This document shows positions 29,064 to 44,500 of a DNA stretch of 64,000 nt, piece after piece. The notes beneath the pieces are model-generated. The model saw nothing but the letters and a program-made list of their open reading frames with translations, did not search any database and had not been told where the DNA came from. How positions within the stretch are numbered: the stretch's first letter is position 1; the number at the start of each line of letters is the position of its first letter. This DNA comes from Acanthaster planci (lineage: Eukaryota): NCBI RefSeq assembly GCF_001949145.1, contig NW_019091359.1, positions 1,314,540-1,378,539 of the forward strand. The letters run 5' to 3'. Position numbers and translations under genes: made by a program.

Positions 29064-32000
29064 TGATGACCATCTCAACAAAAATTCCACTACACTTTGC
29101 ATTTCTTGGTAAAACCCGTACCATGCCTCCAGGCTAATGCACTTAGCAATTTCTTCATGGTGTGATGTCAGCCATTGCAAAGTGAATATTCTCTTAAAAT
29201 TAACTGACTGAAGAGTTCTTCAATATTTCTTTGAAGTCGTTTGAATTCAGAGGCAAACAATGCCCATGAGTACAGAGTCATCAACATGCACTTGACACGC
29301 AATATCAATTGAACACTTGCTGAATAACTGAAGTTAAGGGGAGTACAATAAAGTTAAACTGGAGCAGATTTAAATGGTGAGAATCCATCTCCGGGGGGGG
29401 ACTCAAACCATGTACACAAATTCCAAAAATTAACTTTTTAAAAACACAGCACAACTTCTTACTACCCAGTCACACATGAAATAAAAACTGTGTGTTTCTG
29501 TCCAAAAGAATGCCACAAAATACATCTGCATGGTACCCCAGGTACACTGTACATGCACATGTAACCTTTACGTGCTTATATGTACAGTCGCATTGTGCGA
29601 CGGTGTTGTGAATGGTATAAGCAGTTTTGAGTGGAATTAGTGTGTCAAAATGCACAGGAACCCAGTTCGAAACAACCCAGTACATGCACATGACTAGTGA
29701 GCATGGACTGGTATCACTTCCTGTTATCATGAATCAATCGTTTCTGCTTATGAAGAAAGGAAACATTAGCAACAAGATCTAATCTTAATCGCCACAATTC
29801 AACCATGACCACTTCCAGTTGAGTTCAAAGTGAATGAACCACATTCTGGCACCTGCTCATGAGTCGTACACAAATCCAATATGCCTACATTAATTTAGTA
29901 GGCTAACACTGTACAGCTGACTGTGCATGTAAGATGGGCTACTGGAAATGTTAAGACCAGTTTTATTCAAACAACTTTCATAAGGCATTTTTAAAATTTA
30001 AACAAAATTGTGTGTCAGTCTACACCTGCATGTTATGAGACCACCCGTTACATGAACATTTTGTATCTACCCGTGGACATGCAATCTTGCTGTCTTACCG
30101 GTACGTATACTAAGTGCCAAGTAATGATAAGTACTGGGTATTATAATAAAAGTGACGGTTTACAAGGTACGCCCTCTAAATAAATCCGAAAACAGGAATT
30201 TTTCTTTTGGAATTGATTTTAAAAGGGAGTTTCTTATGAATGCTGCAGAAATACCTCTCTGTGGCCCCTTGACATATGCTGAGTGAGCGTATGCCTTATC
30301 TAATTAGACAGCAGTACAATCTGTAGTGTACTTATTCATATTTGTCACAATGGCATACTTTACAATGGATGCAGCATCTCTTACACGGGTGATATCAACC
30401 TTGCAAATTAATAAAACACTGCCCTCCCACTGTCATGCTACACTGAGACCATTAAAACAGCTGAAGTATTTCATTCTGTGCAGCGTGATTGCCACACATG
30501 GAAGAAATGACTGTCATTTGCTTTAATTCCGTGTTCCAGTGCATTCCGACATTTCCCTCTCCCTAGCACCCTGGAGACATTACAACAGTAAAAAAAACAC
30601 ACTAAGCACGTACATACATGCACATGCACCCAAACATGTAGGCACCCAAAGCCCACACAACATGCTTCCATGTTCTGTGGATGCAAAAATTGTACACATT
30701 GTATTCTCTCAAGAGGGGCTTTTTTGGAAGAGTTCCAAGTTCAGGAACAGGACACAGGGCTGTGCGTTAGCATAATTGCCGGGCAAACAGATTCCCACAA
30801 TAATCCACCAGTCTCCCACTGCTGGACATTTTCTTGGGAACTGAGAAATCTGCCAAGCATTTCTTGCTTGGGGTGCAATTGCCGCAGGCCTTCAAATTTT
30901 ATTAGAAAAGAACCCTCACCTGAAAAGACATATTCCTCAATACTGAGTCATCCACTGAATTGCTTAAGAGATTCTCTTTTTTTGGTTGCTCAAAATTAGT
31001 CTGAAGTAAAGAAATGCAATTCACTTCAATCCAACAGTACGCGTACATGTAAATGTACGTAATTGCAAAAAAAAAAGAAAAGAAAAAAAGAAAAAAAAAG
31101 AGATGTACAGGGGCAAAGAAAAACCATTGCCATGGATGCCACTTACAAATTCAATTTTTTGGGTTTGTTTCCATGGTGATGCAGTTATTGCCAAACAATG
31201 AAGTCTTACGCAGGCGACTGCAATTTCATAGAGGAAAAATAATACTGATGGTGGGGCGAATTTATGAGAATGGGGAATTCATCATTCCTGTGAGCTTACT
31301 ATGAAGAACAGTCAAAACTTACAGAGGGAATGCCGTAAGTGCAAATGCCTGGTCCCTGGTAACATATGCACCCAGTCTCCCTTGAGAATGGTTAAACATA
31401 CATGTACCTAAGCTCTGTGCCATCCTGCACTACAGAAGGTCGTCCATGCAAATTGCCCTAGGCTAGTAAAGAGCTGAGTACTTATTTTTTGCCGTTTGTT
31501 TGTCAGACTGATTTCATCCCAATCTCTTTCTCTCTCTCTCTCTCCCAACCCCAACTTTGGGCACTGGTACATGCCGAGGAAGTGTCAAATTTAGGGCTCA
31601 GCATCGCACCACTGTGACAAAATTATTTGTGTCAGCTGGGGAGCAGTGTTGGTTATTATGGGAGCGATTATGCCAACATTTTTTTTGGTGCTCTGTGTGA
31701 ACAATCCATTTTACCAGGAAAGAGAGAATGAACCTGCACAATACTGTTGCAGAGGTCTGGTAAAACTCAGGGGAAGTCCTGATCAGAGTAAAATATGTAT
31801 TGAGGATCTATTGAAACTGTAATGAATGAACCCAGCCTCCTCTGAGCACAAGGATTTACCCTAATGCCCTGAAGGGAACTGATGTACTGCGTCAACAATG
31901 TGTAGGTCTACCAGTATCAGTTGGGTAAAAACTGATGATTATCAAACGCATGCCACAAGCCTCCAAATGTAGCCTCACCCCTTAGAAAGGCAATAAAAAG

Positions 32001-32586
32001 TTACATAAATAATTTTCAAATCTTTGTGCCCCCCAAAAATTGATTTCCCCCCCCCAAAAAAATGGTTCTTGATCTGCCCTTAGGGGTACAGTCCCTTAAT
32101 TCAAGCCCCATTGAAAACAGTGTAAAATCAGCACTGTTCAGGGCCCAATAACATGNGATTAACCAATTACATTTTTACTTATTCCCCCCAAAACAAAATC
32201 ACCCCCCAAAAAGTGATTTTTCCTAAGTCTGATTGCAGCCATTTTTCAAGTGGTAACCCTAAACTGTCTTGGGCACTTAGGACCATTTTTCAACCGTAGT
32301 TTTTAGACATTGTGCTCTCATATGAAAGCTCAAAGACCCAAAGGTGTTGATCCTGGCGACGATTTGCACAATCTCACCATTTTGGGTGCCAAACAATCTC
32401 CTTTTTTTAAAAGATACTGTGGGGGCACTTTTAATGCTAATGAGCTGGCCAGAAATTCTCACTTGAATAAGTGGTCTGCACCCTTAGGAAGCATGATCAT
32501 CCACAGGATTTTTGTGGAACTACGGCGATTCCAAATACATCTGCTTGTGTAGTGACTGCACTCAGGAATGATTCTACATACATATA

Positions 32587-32957
32587 CACGGGGTTCCTAG
32601 CATTTCATGGGAACAAAATTCCCTGATTTTCCCCCATGGAAGTTACAAATTTCAGGATCATCAATAAAGAGTAATTGCAGATTATAAAGTTATAGGTGCA
32701 CCGCAGCTACCCGGTACGTTGATACAGAGAGAAAGACGCATTTACCACAAGCACATACCACAAAGCCACAAAGCCATACAATCATCCAGAGGATTCGCTG
32801 TTTGGTATGGACACGAGGCAAGAAAGTTTGACCACTGGACAAACAAACTTCCCGGATTTGTGGGACTTTTTCTCATATTCCCTGACAATTTCCAGACTAA
32901 AAAAGGGGAAGTCATTTTCCAGGTTTTCCCTGATTTCCAGGTTGTCTGGGAAGCCTG
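32587..32957. mobile_element. Degenerate TA-flanked MITE (Tc1/mariner-type termini CA..CTG)
   Basis: TA|CACGGGGTTCCTAG ... CTGGGAAGCCTG|TA, with internal TTCCCTGA/TTTCCAG subterminal repeats. Confidence 0.5.
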
Positions 32958-35900
32958 TATACAGTATCCCCCCCCACCTGTGTGGAAGTTTCTGCCCCAC
33001 TCAAGCAGGTGCTCCCACCATTTGAACTTTTGAAATATGCACAACCTATGAACAAGTATTGATACCGATTCATCAGCTTTCATTGTCTCCTTGAAGAAAA
33101 GAAGCACACAGCCCTCCCTATGTGCCCCATATGATATTGTCCTGTATGGTAATTCAAAACTGGCATTCAATAAACTTACGCAACCAAAAGCTTCCATAAT
33201 CATTTGTCTGTGTAAACATTACATGTAAATGACATTGCTGAAGTGGTATAATCCATGCACAGAAGTCACACGCACTCCTGAGTCCTGCATTTGAGGTACA
33301 TGTACACGCGCAGACTCTACATAAACACATCACTGGAGGAGTGCTATGAGAGCACATGTACGACTGGCACATGACGGAAGCATACACGTCAACTCAGTGA
33401 TGTCTTCTGGTAGTGGAAACCTGACTGGCCTGTATCCGCTCCGAGCAGGAACAAAAGAGGGCGTGTTTTGAAATGAAACTGACATTCTTTTGGTACGCAT
33501 TCATTGCATAGGTATGCAAGTTTATGCGCGTTTGACGCGGAGCATGCTGAGAACGTGCAACGAATTTAGTCTGGAACGCGTGGTCTTCGCAAGCACGCTG
33601 GATGCAAGCAAGAACCTGAACGGACAAGTCAGTACCATCTGTCTTTCTTTCACCGGTGAGGATTCACTTCAGCTCAGGGCGGATAGTGGTTTCGCAATCA
33701 TCATATGTGTACTAATATTTCCATAGTGGCTCCCTTCATCACATTAAATTTACGATTGCTGACAGACCATCTGTCATCCATTTCAGTGGAGGATGTGTGG
33801 TTTTCATTAACTGCCTATCTCGTTAACCACTCTGTTCATGCTTATTAATGAAATGTACTTGGCCAATTATGCGCTGTTTTCAAACCATAACCTGTGCATA
33901 ATTGGGATGTGCACGTTCGGACCTTGTACTTTTCTAGTGAAAGTACATGTACTGGTGTAGTGAACCTGTACCATGTACATGAATGTTTGTCACTCTTCAA
34001 ACCCTGATATCCATGTGTACATTCGTACCAATTACGGCCCTAGACTGAATTTTTTTAAAGAATCGCAGAGCTAAAAATATTGAACTGATTAATTTTTGAA
34101 ACCCCATCAACTTGGAATGCACAGGGAAATTTCTGGAAATAAAAACTAGTGGAAAATAGCACTTTCACAGAAAGACCATTTCCCAGCTAAATAACTTTGT
34201 TTTGGCAGGGGTTGGGAGGGGGTCGGAGATGTTTAAAACTCCCCTGGCATCCCTAAGAATGCCTAACACGTTCTGTTCATGATCAAGGGAATTACCATAA
34301 CAGCACCAATCTAATCTGATAACAATAAGTATACATGTATGTCAAGTCAAGGCACTGTACTTGTATGTATCACAGTGCATGGGAATCTATTCAGTGGACC
34401 AAAAAATATCACAAGCGTCTCCTCTTCTTGCCATGCCCATTAAATTTCATGTATGGTGACATGACATCACGCACATATTTAAGCCAGAGTGATAAGGTCG
34501 CTGCACTTTCCAGTATGCAGGTTTGTCATTGAGGGTACACAGACCTACAGCTTATCATGTCCAATTAGTGTGACTGCTGGGTATTTTGAAGATACTGTGG
34601 ATCTATTAAAATGACTGTATCCCTTCACAGAAAGAGTGTAAGGGTTTCTGGTGGCTGGACTATTCATCAACTTCAGATAAATGCTTCTGGTTGATCAATC
34701 ATTTGGAAACTGAAAAGCACAGATATGAAGTCCAAGGAAAGAAGCCACCCTCGCTTCAAAGTCTGAATTTACTACATAAACAAGTACAAACAGAGGGGAA
34801 TACGAAAAGAACCTTGTTTTCACTCTTGCTGAAATGAGACTTCTTGGCAGTAGAATTTCTGGATAGTTGCTGTGCGGTTCAGTTTCACAAATTGAATGTA
34901 AGCAACGAGTGGCCAACAAATTGGAGATTCTGATATACATGTACATGCACTTGTAGGCAAACCTACAGCAATGATATGATTCTACTCACTGAAGAGACAC
35001 AGTTTCCCTGAAATGACTCAAAATGTTCAGCAGATGAAGAAAACCTAGTAAATTATTTGTGTTCACATCTGACAAACCACAACTCTGTGCAAATCACAGC
35101 GACTGGAAAACAGCCCTCAAAAACATGGAGCTTAAAATTCCCACACTACTTACTCTTCTCATACAAAAGGATGTCCTGCAACAAGCCAGGAGTCCAAGGC
35201 AAGTTAGCATGTTTACATGGACCTGTCAGTCACCTCCTGGTGAATGTGAAGTGGTAATTAGATCTGACAAACATGGCTGATTGCTCCCCCACCTCTGTCC
35301 CAGGCCCAGGGGATCACTTTTCTCAATTGGGTGGCCTCAAATGACCTCCAGATCCCCCTGTGAATTCCTGGAGTTGGTGAGCTCACATTGCTAAATTCTG
35401 TCTCAATTTGTAGACTGTATGTGCTTGCAATCTTTGAAAAACATGTGCAACAAACATATAGCAATGCGGAGAGTTAGACGAACTGGCCGATAATTAGAAT
35501 GCTTTTTTTCCCTATTCTTTGCCCAGCTCTACAATTCAAAAAGGATTAATTCCTGTGGGGACCTGTAGTATTCATGAAACTGCTTTAATGTGTTTATCTG
35601 TCTCTGGAGGAAATAAGGCTAGGATCATTTAAAATGAATAAAAAAGCCACTTTGAACAGCGGGTTGAATAAGTTTGCAAATTTCCTGTTTTAATTACACT
35701 GATACCCCATCAAAAAATGAAAACACAAAAACTGAATTAACAGAACAAATCCCTACATTAGAGAAACAAATACAATGTTCATGTTGACCAGAGCGTAAAC
35801 ACTTCTGGAGTAGAAAACCAAATCAATTTTAATTGTAATAAACCTGATGCCACAGTCTTGTATCAATTTCACTCAGCCCTGAGAATTGAACAAATGGGAC

Positions 35901-36026
35901 TTTTAAACTTGTAGGAAGTAGCAAAAGCACTTTACATGTACATGTGCACATCATCATATAAACACCAAATAGTCGTATCCCATAGAACCTAATTTGGTGC
36001 AACTTGAGCCAGGTTACTACACAATT

Positions 36027-36281
36027 GGGGCCAATTTCATAGAGTTGCTTAAGCACAAAATTTGCTTATGAAAAATGCATGAAAAATGCCTTGCTTGACA
36101 AATTAGGTTACCAGCCAAAACTCCATGTGATGTACATGTATATTGTTTTGGAATGGTATTCACCTGTCTTATGGTTAGCATGACAATCCCATAGATTTTG
36201 AGCTGGTAACTTTTGTTTTGTAAGCAAGGTTTTTTGCACTTAAGCAAATTTTGCACTTAAGCAGCTCTATGAAATTGGTCC
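36027..36281. mobile_element. MITE with ~40-bp TIRs (GG..CC termini, Harbinger/PHIS-like)
   Basis: GGCCAATTTCATAGAGTTGCTTAAGCACAAAATTTGCTTA matches the reverse complement of the right end, GGACCAATTTCATAGAGCTGCTTAAGTGCAAAATTTGCTTA. TSD unclear. Confidence 0.8.
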
Positions 36282-39200
36282 AAGCTTGGTCTGGGCTTTG
36301 AATCAGTTCCAATTCAGTGCTGCCGCTTCTGAAAATACTGACACTGTCTTTGTGGCTGTCCAAGTGTTTAAGTTTTGTTTCGGTTTGGTGACAAGGGCTG
36401 ATATATGACACAACTCATGCTGGGCAAATTTAACCAAGTCTGACCATGGAGGTAAGAAAACCTCCATAGTCTGACACATAAAAGAGCAGCTCTTAAATTA
36501 AGGCAAAGGGCCTTCAGGCAAGGCAAATACTGGTAGGCTACCAGTACATGTACATTGTAGATCTACGCTGATTAAAGGTTTCAGGTGCATTGTGCCAGTA
36601 CATTCCATTTCAGAGTTTATTCTAAAGTTGGAAAACCTGAGTTTCAAACTAAGACTTTTAGGCCTACCTAGTGACAAGACTGTATTTGAAAACAACTTGT
36701 ATGGGTGATTTGTTCATGTCACACTGACCTACATGTACCAGTAGAAGTCAAGTACATGTACATGTACCCATGTTTGTCACCTTCACAACACTTGTCACCT
36801 GAAAAACACTTGAGGGAATACAAGCTTTCTGTAATCTAGTTCTGTTAGTACCAACTCTCTGTCACATGAAGTCATACAAAAAAAATACTTTATTGACAGA
36901 ACATGGGTGTTCGTTCCTACCCATTTACATGTACTGTATATGGACAACCACGTAAATTACCTACCCACTTGCATATCATTTCTTGCGCATACATGGTTTC
37001 AGATATGCCGGGAATCCATGGCTTTCACATAACTCTAACTTTGAATAAAATACACCAACAAAATGACTACAGTACATAGAGGATCATATGTTCAATTTGA
37101 AAATTTGTTTTCACAAAAGTGAAAATGACTATCTTCAATTTATTGATAAGAATAAAACAATTACAGTACAAATCATACCTCAGAACTTGAAAGCTCCAAA
37201 ATAGACTGCATAAAATGTCCCTAGAAAAAGATTTGTACACCATCAGTATCAGCGAGAATGTCGAAATATTCCATCAGTTGTGTTTCTCAGGTATTTCCTC
37301 AACAATTATGGCATACCACACTGAAACCTCCCAGGAGGAAAGGTCTATACACATGAGACAATTCTGCTGAATTGAATATGCCACCCCCGGGCTACGATAA
37401 GCAGGGAGAATCAGAAGAGAAATGACGAGAAAAAAAAAAAACCAACCTCTGCCATCAAGTTGGGAATACTGCAAGAAGGGTCCCAGTCTGTGGGTTTCAG
37501 TGTGCATTTAGATGTAGGCCTACCTGGGGGAAGTTGGCAAGTACCGGGTACAAAGTAAGTACCCGTGCATATGAGAGCATGCCGTGTTGTGTCACAAATG
37601 TTAAGAGGGATTTTGTGACCAAAATCAGGAGGGCTTCACCTTTTCTCCAATCAATGAAAGGAAATAGTTTCGGTGGGCTTTGCTGGATATAAATGTACAT
37701 TTGTACAAGTACGTAGGCCTACATGGAAAGGTGCCATGTTTTGGAGCACATACACACGACACTGACAAATCTTACTGTAGACAAACAGCACAGTAAAGAG
37801 GGGATGAAATGATGTACACGTACCAGCACATGTGCATATACATGTTAGTACGTGTACATTGTGTACATGTGCATACCAGCAGCATGGGCTGAAACACATT
37901 CTAATTTCTTTCTCCACGTTTACGGGAATTTTACGTATCATGGTTACCTAACTCCCAGTACAACAGCTACCGGCACTAAAAATATGAAGATGATGCACCA
38001 GTACGTATATGGTAGGCCTATGTCCACACATCCCCCATAAAAATTGTGCAGTGATTGATGGGTGTCAATTAGTCTGGTACAGTATATTTACAGTGACTTC
38101 ATTGGACAAGCTTCATGGCTCAGTACTCTTTTACTACCCAGGCTTGTAAGAAAGGTCGGGTCAACAAAACTACATGTAACACCCACTTATCACTGACTGC
38201 AATGTGTTCCTGTCATGGGCAGAAGCCTTTTTTTTAATTGTCATCCTTGGTAAATACACTGTATACTGGGCATACACAACTGTAATGTGTTAGGAGACAG
38301 GGCACTTGTCTAAATGACATTTGAAATACACAGAACTCAAATCACACTGTGGCTCCATTCATGTACATGTACATGTACACAGATGTGCATGTAAGTACTG
38401 GTGCACATACATGTAAGTCACACACTACATGTACCTACATGACATGCACGAAGCCCTAAAATGACCAGAAAATATTCACACTTTTAAGTTCTGAAGGACA
38501 AACCTTGAAATATGGCTGGGAATGAACAATCATTTTTTATGACCAACTGTAGTGGCAATGAGACAAAATGGGGATTTATTGAAACCTTGCAATATGGAAG
38601 TTGGACATTAAAAGTGCCATTAAAGATGTTACACTGATGCCCAATGTGGTGCATGTACACGTCCCTAATCCTTCTGATCAAAACTGTTTCAAACTGCTTC
38701 AATTATTGGAGTCAAATACAGTCGCTATGACATAACAACAGTCTTCCTGGAAATTTAATAAGTAACGGATATTGCAAGGTTTAGTAATTAGTGACAACTG
38801 TCTAATAGAACATATTTGTTCATATATCCAAAGAATGTCGTTCACATAATAATAATACTAATATGAATTATTTACATGTAAAAACGCTTTCCATGTGAAT
38901 GACGTCACAAAGCGCTATACACTCAATACCATTAAAAAATTAAAAAGAAAGACAATTACTTACAATATCATAAACAAACTAAAAGCTAATACATGTATGA
39001 GAAATACAAAACTGACATGAGTATACTCCATCAGTCTCTGGATGGTTTCATAGTGGTTCAAATCCCGGAACCATGACATTTTGCAAAAACATTACATGTA
39101 CCGGTATGAGTGTCAGTTTTACTGCCATTCAATTTCGTTGTGGCTCAGAAAGCTACATGTATTTCCGCCACACAAAATGAATAAATTAATCCCCATATCT

Positions 39201-41449
39201 CACTTCACAGTTTAGTGCGGGGGGGGGAGGGAAGGAGCGAGAGAAATCAATAATGGGACCATTATAATATGATCCGCTTACCGTATGCTGCGTTGACCTT
39301 CTCCAGGATGCGAAACACGTACGTAATCACAAGTTAGGGAAATTGTGAACAATGTGATCAACACTGATGCAAGAAGTACAAAATAATGGTGGACGTACGG
39401 TAAGTGCACTACGCAACAAACCGAATCTTGCTACTCCTTCAAATAACCAGTTTGACAGTGGATTCAGAAGTGACGGTAGGCCTACTCTGAACGGCCCAGT
39501 GAGTTGAGTACCCTGCAGCCAATGTTTTTTCCTCCTCCCCCCCAACCTCCTCTGAACTGTTTACCCACCGAGCGGTGATGCATGACTGACAACTCCAGCT
39601 AAGCCACACCCATTTTAGACAATCAGCCTGCCAAGGTAAATCCACACAAACTCTGCAGGCTTTTATTTACACGGGGGGGCTTGCCCCTAACATGTACTTG
39701 GGTCCAATTGAGTTGAAGGAGTCCATGCAGAAACCAACTTGAAAAGCTTGCTCAGCATGACAACTTTTTTTTTCAAGTTCATACAAGTAGTGATGACTTG
39801 TTTTGGACTGTAATACAATACCGGGTATATTATTACGGACTGCAATTTTTGAAAGAGCATTGGTGTTCATAATTAAGAATCCAACTGCATGGTGGGCAGC
39901 TACTAGTGAATCATTTCAGTTTATGTATCTCTTCCATTTTTTAGATCAACGCAGCAAAATATTTAACAAGTACATGCACCTCTTGTGCATGTAAACAGCA
40001 GAGGTTAACAGCAACTACACAATTCCACATCTCAGTATAGAAAACTGGCAGCTGTTTTCAATTTGGCTCAAGACTGTCTTGCAAACATGGACAAGCATGT
40101 ACAATACCTGTATTAAAAGGGCTTTTCAAAAAACAAAAAAGGAGGAAAAAAATTCAAACTTAAGCTACATGTAGTACCCAACTGGGTAATTACAGTCATT
40201 ATAACAAAATAGATTGAAAGTAGAGAATAGAGAACAAGTGCATGTAGAAACTGTCGGAAATGTTGGAGAAAGTAGACTCAAGGATGATCACCTCATTAAA
40301 AAAAACAGCAGTGAACAACTTTAGAGCAGTTTATCTTTGGTATTTTCAACACTGTTATTCTCACAGGACACATCTAAATTGTCTAGCTTTTTAATTTTTT
40401 TTCAAGTACCAACTGAAGCCGTCCCCCCTTCCAGCACAATGGCAAGGGTTTAGAAAAAAAAATTTATTGTTGTCAGTGAATAAAGCTGTCCTACAAATAT
40501 TAATTCAGCCACGGGGAAAATGTGACCTTTCCTTTGACAATGCTGTACAGACAGGCTGTGAATTAAAAATTTAACCCGAGAATTGAAGTATGTTTGACTG
40601 TTTGCAATATATCGCTCTTGTACCAACACACCTGCAGGGGTGGCCCGGGTACCCTCATATTGTAGCGAGGTCTTAAAGGAATTGCACAGCCTCTGACTGA
40701 ATTTGATATGATGCTTAATAGGACACTTGCTGGACATGTAGACATGATGGAACAAGTACTGGCTTACCCTTTTTTAGTACACCATATGGTACTCTAATAG
40801 TCTGGGAATCTGATGGGTAAGGGGTAGCAAAATTTATTCTTTACTTTACAGTGAAACCACTGTCCACAGTTGAAAAGGCAAAGAAAAAACTGGCACACTG
40901 TACTTCACAGAGTACATGTACAGTTGACACTAACGTTCAGGCAGAGCCAAGAACTGGTAAATTTGAAGATAAAGCTTCAAGTTTGGCACAGCATGACCTG
41001 TACATGTAGCTTTGTCAAACAGCTGTTTAGAATTTTTTTTATAGGCTTACATTGTATTTTCACTTAGAAACTACTAGTATCACTACTTAAAAATCTTCAT
41101 ACTGTGCATACATGTCTATGCTACGTTGTACATGTACAACAGCTTTCAACAGCCCTCATCCCTAAGAATCAAATAAAAATCAAATGGCTTTGGAGGATTT
41201 TGTAGGATTGAGGAAGGTAGAGCACTGTGATTTGGTATCCCTCGAAAGTTGAAGCTTAAAAAAATGTGCTACATGTACATGTATCGTACATCTAATGGTA
41301 CATGTATGGGCAGTCTGGTACACGTACACGCACTGATCTTTTCCACAGTTGAGGGACTTTCCAGGATGAATCCAGAACCAATATTCATGGGAGAGGGGCT
41401 TTTGTGAGGGATGTGGAATGTTTTTCATTTAACCTTTTATGGCCTTTCT

Positions 41450-41599
41450 AAGGGCAGAGACTACATGGTGGGGCTTTCCACTGATATGCTTTTGGAAAGG
41501 AGCAAAATGAAATAGACCCCTCCCCCGAATTGCCTTCAGTAAAAATGGGGCCTCCTTAGTGGAGAAGGGGGAGCCATGAGCCCTCTTAGATCTGCCCTT
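41450..41599. mobile_element. Degenerate small MITE
   Basis: AAGGGCAGAGACTA ... TAGATCTGCCCTT imperfect TIR. Confidence 0.35.
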
Positions 41600-44500
41600 G
41601 GGAGCTTTAAAAGATTCAGCCACTTTCTTGGCGTGAATAGCAGTTTCTAGGGTCTTACACAGCTTTGCTACTGGTGACAACGATACGCTGTATAATGTGC
41701 ACAAACAAATGCGCACAACTTCAATCTCTAATTGAACGTTACTTCTGCAGTAAATTAGACTTGAACTGAAATACTTTTTGTATTCAGGGACTGCTTTTTA
41801 AACCCAAAGCTGACAGAAAAAATGGTTCACTGAAAAATCCTACATAAATGGACATGCTGGATTTTTTTGAAAATCCAAATGCTGGTTTAAAAAACAATTT
41901 TGGATGACTCCAAAATGATGTCAAGACTTTCGGGTGACAACACACTTTGCGTGCAAGTTATTTGCAATCTTAACCTGAGGTGTGTAGACGTTCTGCTCAG
42001 CTGTAAATTACCGGTACGCTGCCAGTCACACCATCATTTAACTTGAATGTGGGCATACTGCAGCACTGGCTTCTTTATGTCATAGCTGGAGTGGTCTCTG
42101 GCACTGCATAATGTGACACAGTTGTAAGCATGGATTATCAACATGTACAGGTATGTTCCATGGGTACATACGTAGGCTACAAAGTATCCCTTTTCCCTCT
42201 GCTAATATATTACAGGAAGAACGTGATTAGGCATTCATCAAATGCACAGTACAATCACTGTACATATACACTACTTGTACGGTATGTAAATGTAATTGTA
42301 AATGTATACTCAAGTGCAAATTTTTTATACATGTATGTATCTTATCTATGATAAACTGTGCAAATACTCTGCTTTTAAAGGTGTTGTGAAGGTGTTTTGG
42401 CCACAAAACAACTTCTATTCTGTTTACAAACTGTCATGGGGCAGCAGGTCTATTTTCAGTGAGCACTGCTCAGTCAGGGATTTCTATCCATCAACCTGTC
42501 ATTCATTCCCAGTATTGATGAAAGGATGCAGCCTGCACAGTGCAGTTGGATTTGGCCTGGTTGCTCTGTGACACGTCCAGCCTGCATTTCCCCGCTTATC
42601 TATTTGGAAGCTGTACATTTTAGCCAGCTCCAAGCCCTCTAGGCCAGAAGTGCGTTTGAGTTTGCGGTTACTGTGGTTTCGCCTTTCGACAACCCAGCGA
42701 TAACCAACCTAGCAAAGGCAAGGGCGTTCATCAGTTTGTGGTTAAATTCTAATCACACTGAAAGTAAGCACCACTTCATGAGTGGGGAAAATGGCCATCA
42801 ATTGTGTCTGCTTAAAGGAACACACAACATACACTGTACATGTAGGATTAAACATAGGGCTTTGGGATTTTTTTCTTCTTTTTTTGGTGTGAATAATACA
42901 TTTACCTGTGCCTTGGATAAATTTCTTAGAGGTTCCAGGCACAGAGAGTTACAAAGAAAAGTGAATTTTTGCTTAGCAAAGACAATTCTATGCAAATGTC
43001 ATCCAGGGTATCAAAGCTTGGTTTTCACAGTAAAAGATGCCAGAAGGCAGTGATGTTGGGAACCAACTATTATTAACAGATACTGATGGCAAGGCCCTAT
43101 CTCAACAATATTTCGTGTATAATTACTTTTTTATTTTAAATGGAATTTAAGTTTAGTGTGTTTCTTGGTCTAAAAAATGTGTTTTTGTGGGCTAATATCA
43201 CAGATTTTTGGTATCCATTTTGCCATCTTGTTTTAACATGCTAAACCCTAGTGTCATTGTAACTTCACATTCTCTGCTTTAAGACCTGTATGTTTGACCA
43301 TTAACTTTTCCTTTGTTTCAATTTGTGCCAAAGATGGACGACTGTAACGTAGCTAACAATTGGGCAATGCCAAACTGAGAGATACCTGTACATGTCTGAC
43401 AAAATATTTGTAAGTCAGAAACTGATTACAGAAATATTACAATTTTAATTAAAAGTGTGCCACCTCAAGGGACTTTGTTTGCAAGATATGTAACTTATTA
43501 TCCCAACCTGTTTTTGTTGTATAACCAACCAAGATTACATGTCCAATTACAGCTCACAAATCAAGTTTTCCGGTAATTCATTTTGCTTCTTGCTGTGTTG
43601 GAAATCCTGGTAAGATGAACATGCATACACGTACATGTACAAGCACTGATGGATGAATAATGGTGAACTCAGACATGTACCGTAACAGCCCAAAGAGTGG
43701 TGCAACATTTGCTTTAAAAAATGAAACTAATGGGCGAATGGACTAAAACTAACGGACTTCAGAGGAGCAGGTTATTTCACCTACTAGGAAGCTGCTGCCT
43801 ACATGTATGCACATTTCTGACAGACTTTCATACTGTGTCCTTTCAAAAGCTTTATTTGAAAAGTGTAGGCAGAGTGACAAGTACCTCTTCAGGACAAAGG
43901 TGCCGAACTGAATGAATTCTTGCATGATAATAATACATTAAGAGGTCCACAGACCAAATGTAAACACATCATTATTGCATGCGCAGGTATGTGATTTCAT
44001 GGAATCTTTCAAAATTCTGCAGTTTAGCCACAAGTTTAGAGACAACCCAGGCAACTAGATTCACATGACTTGGAGCAAGCCTGTGAGACCTTCAGCAATC
44101 AACACTAACAATTTTTTTTTTTTGGGGGGGGAATCTGCACTGGTGTTTAGCGCCCGATCTCCTCGAATCGATGAAATCCTTGCACACGCACACAAGCAGA
44201 GCCCGGTGAAATGAGAAGCTGAACAATTCCAAGGGATCGTAAAGACATTGTCCACATTTTTAATTGGAATGAGGCCTTGGTATCAATCAAGAAATCACTC
44301 AATTTATATTTACAGTCTGTGTCTTATACATGTACATCCTGTCTTTATTGCAATTTATTTTAATCTACGCTTCAGGACAACTTGTCATTCACTCACCCTA
44401 CCACAGCTAAGGACCTACAATGTGCCCCAGACTGTAAAAGGAAGGATAAAATTGTATTGCAGCAATTTTCTCCAGTGCTGGAGTGCACAGAATTTACATG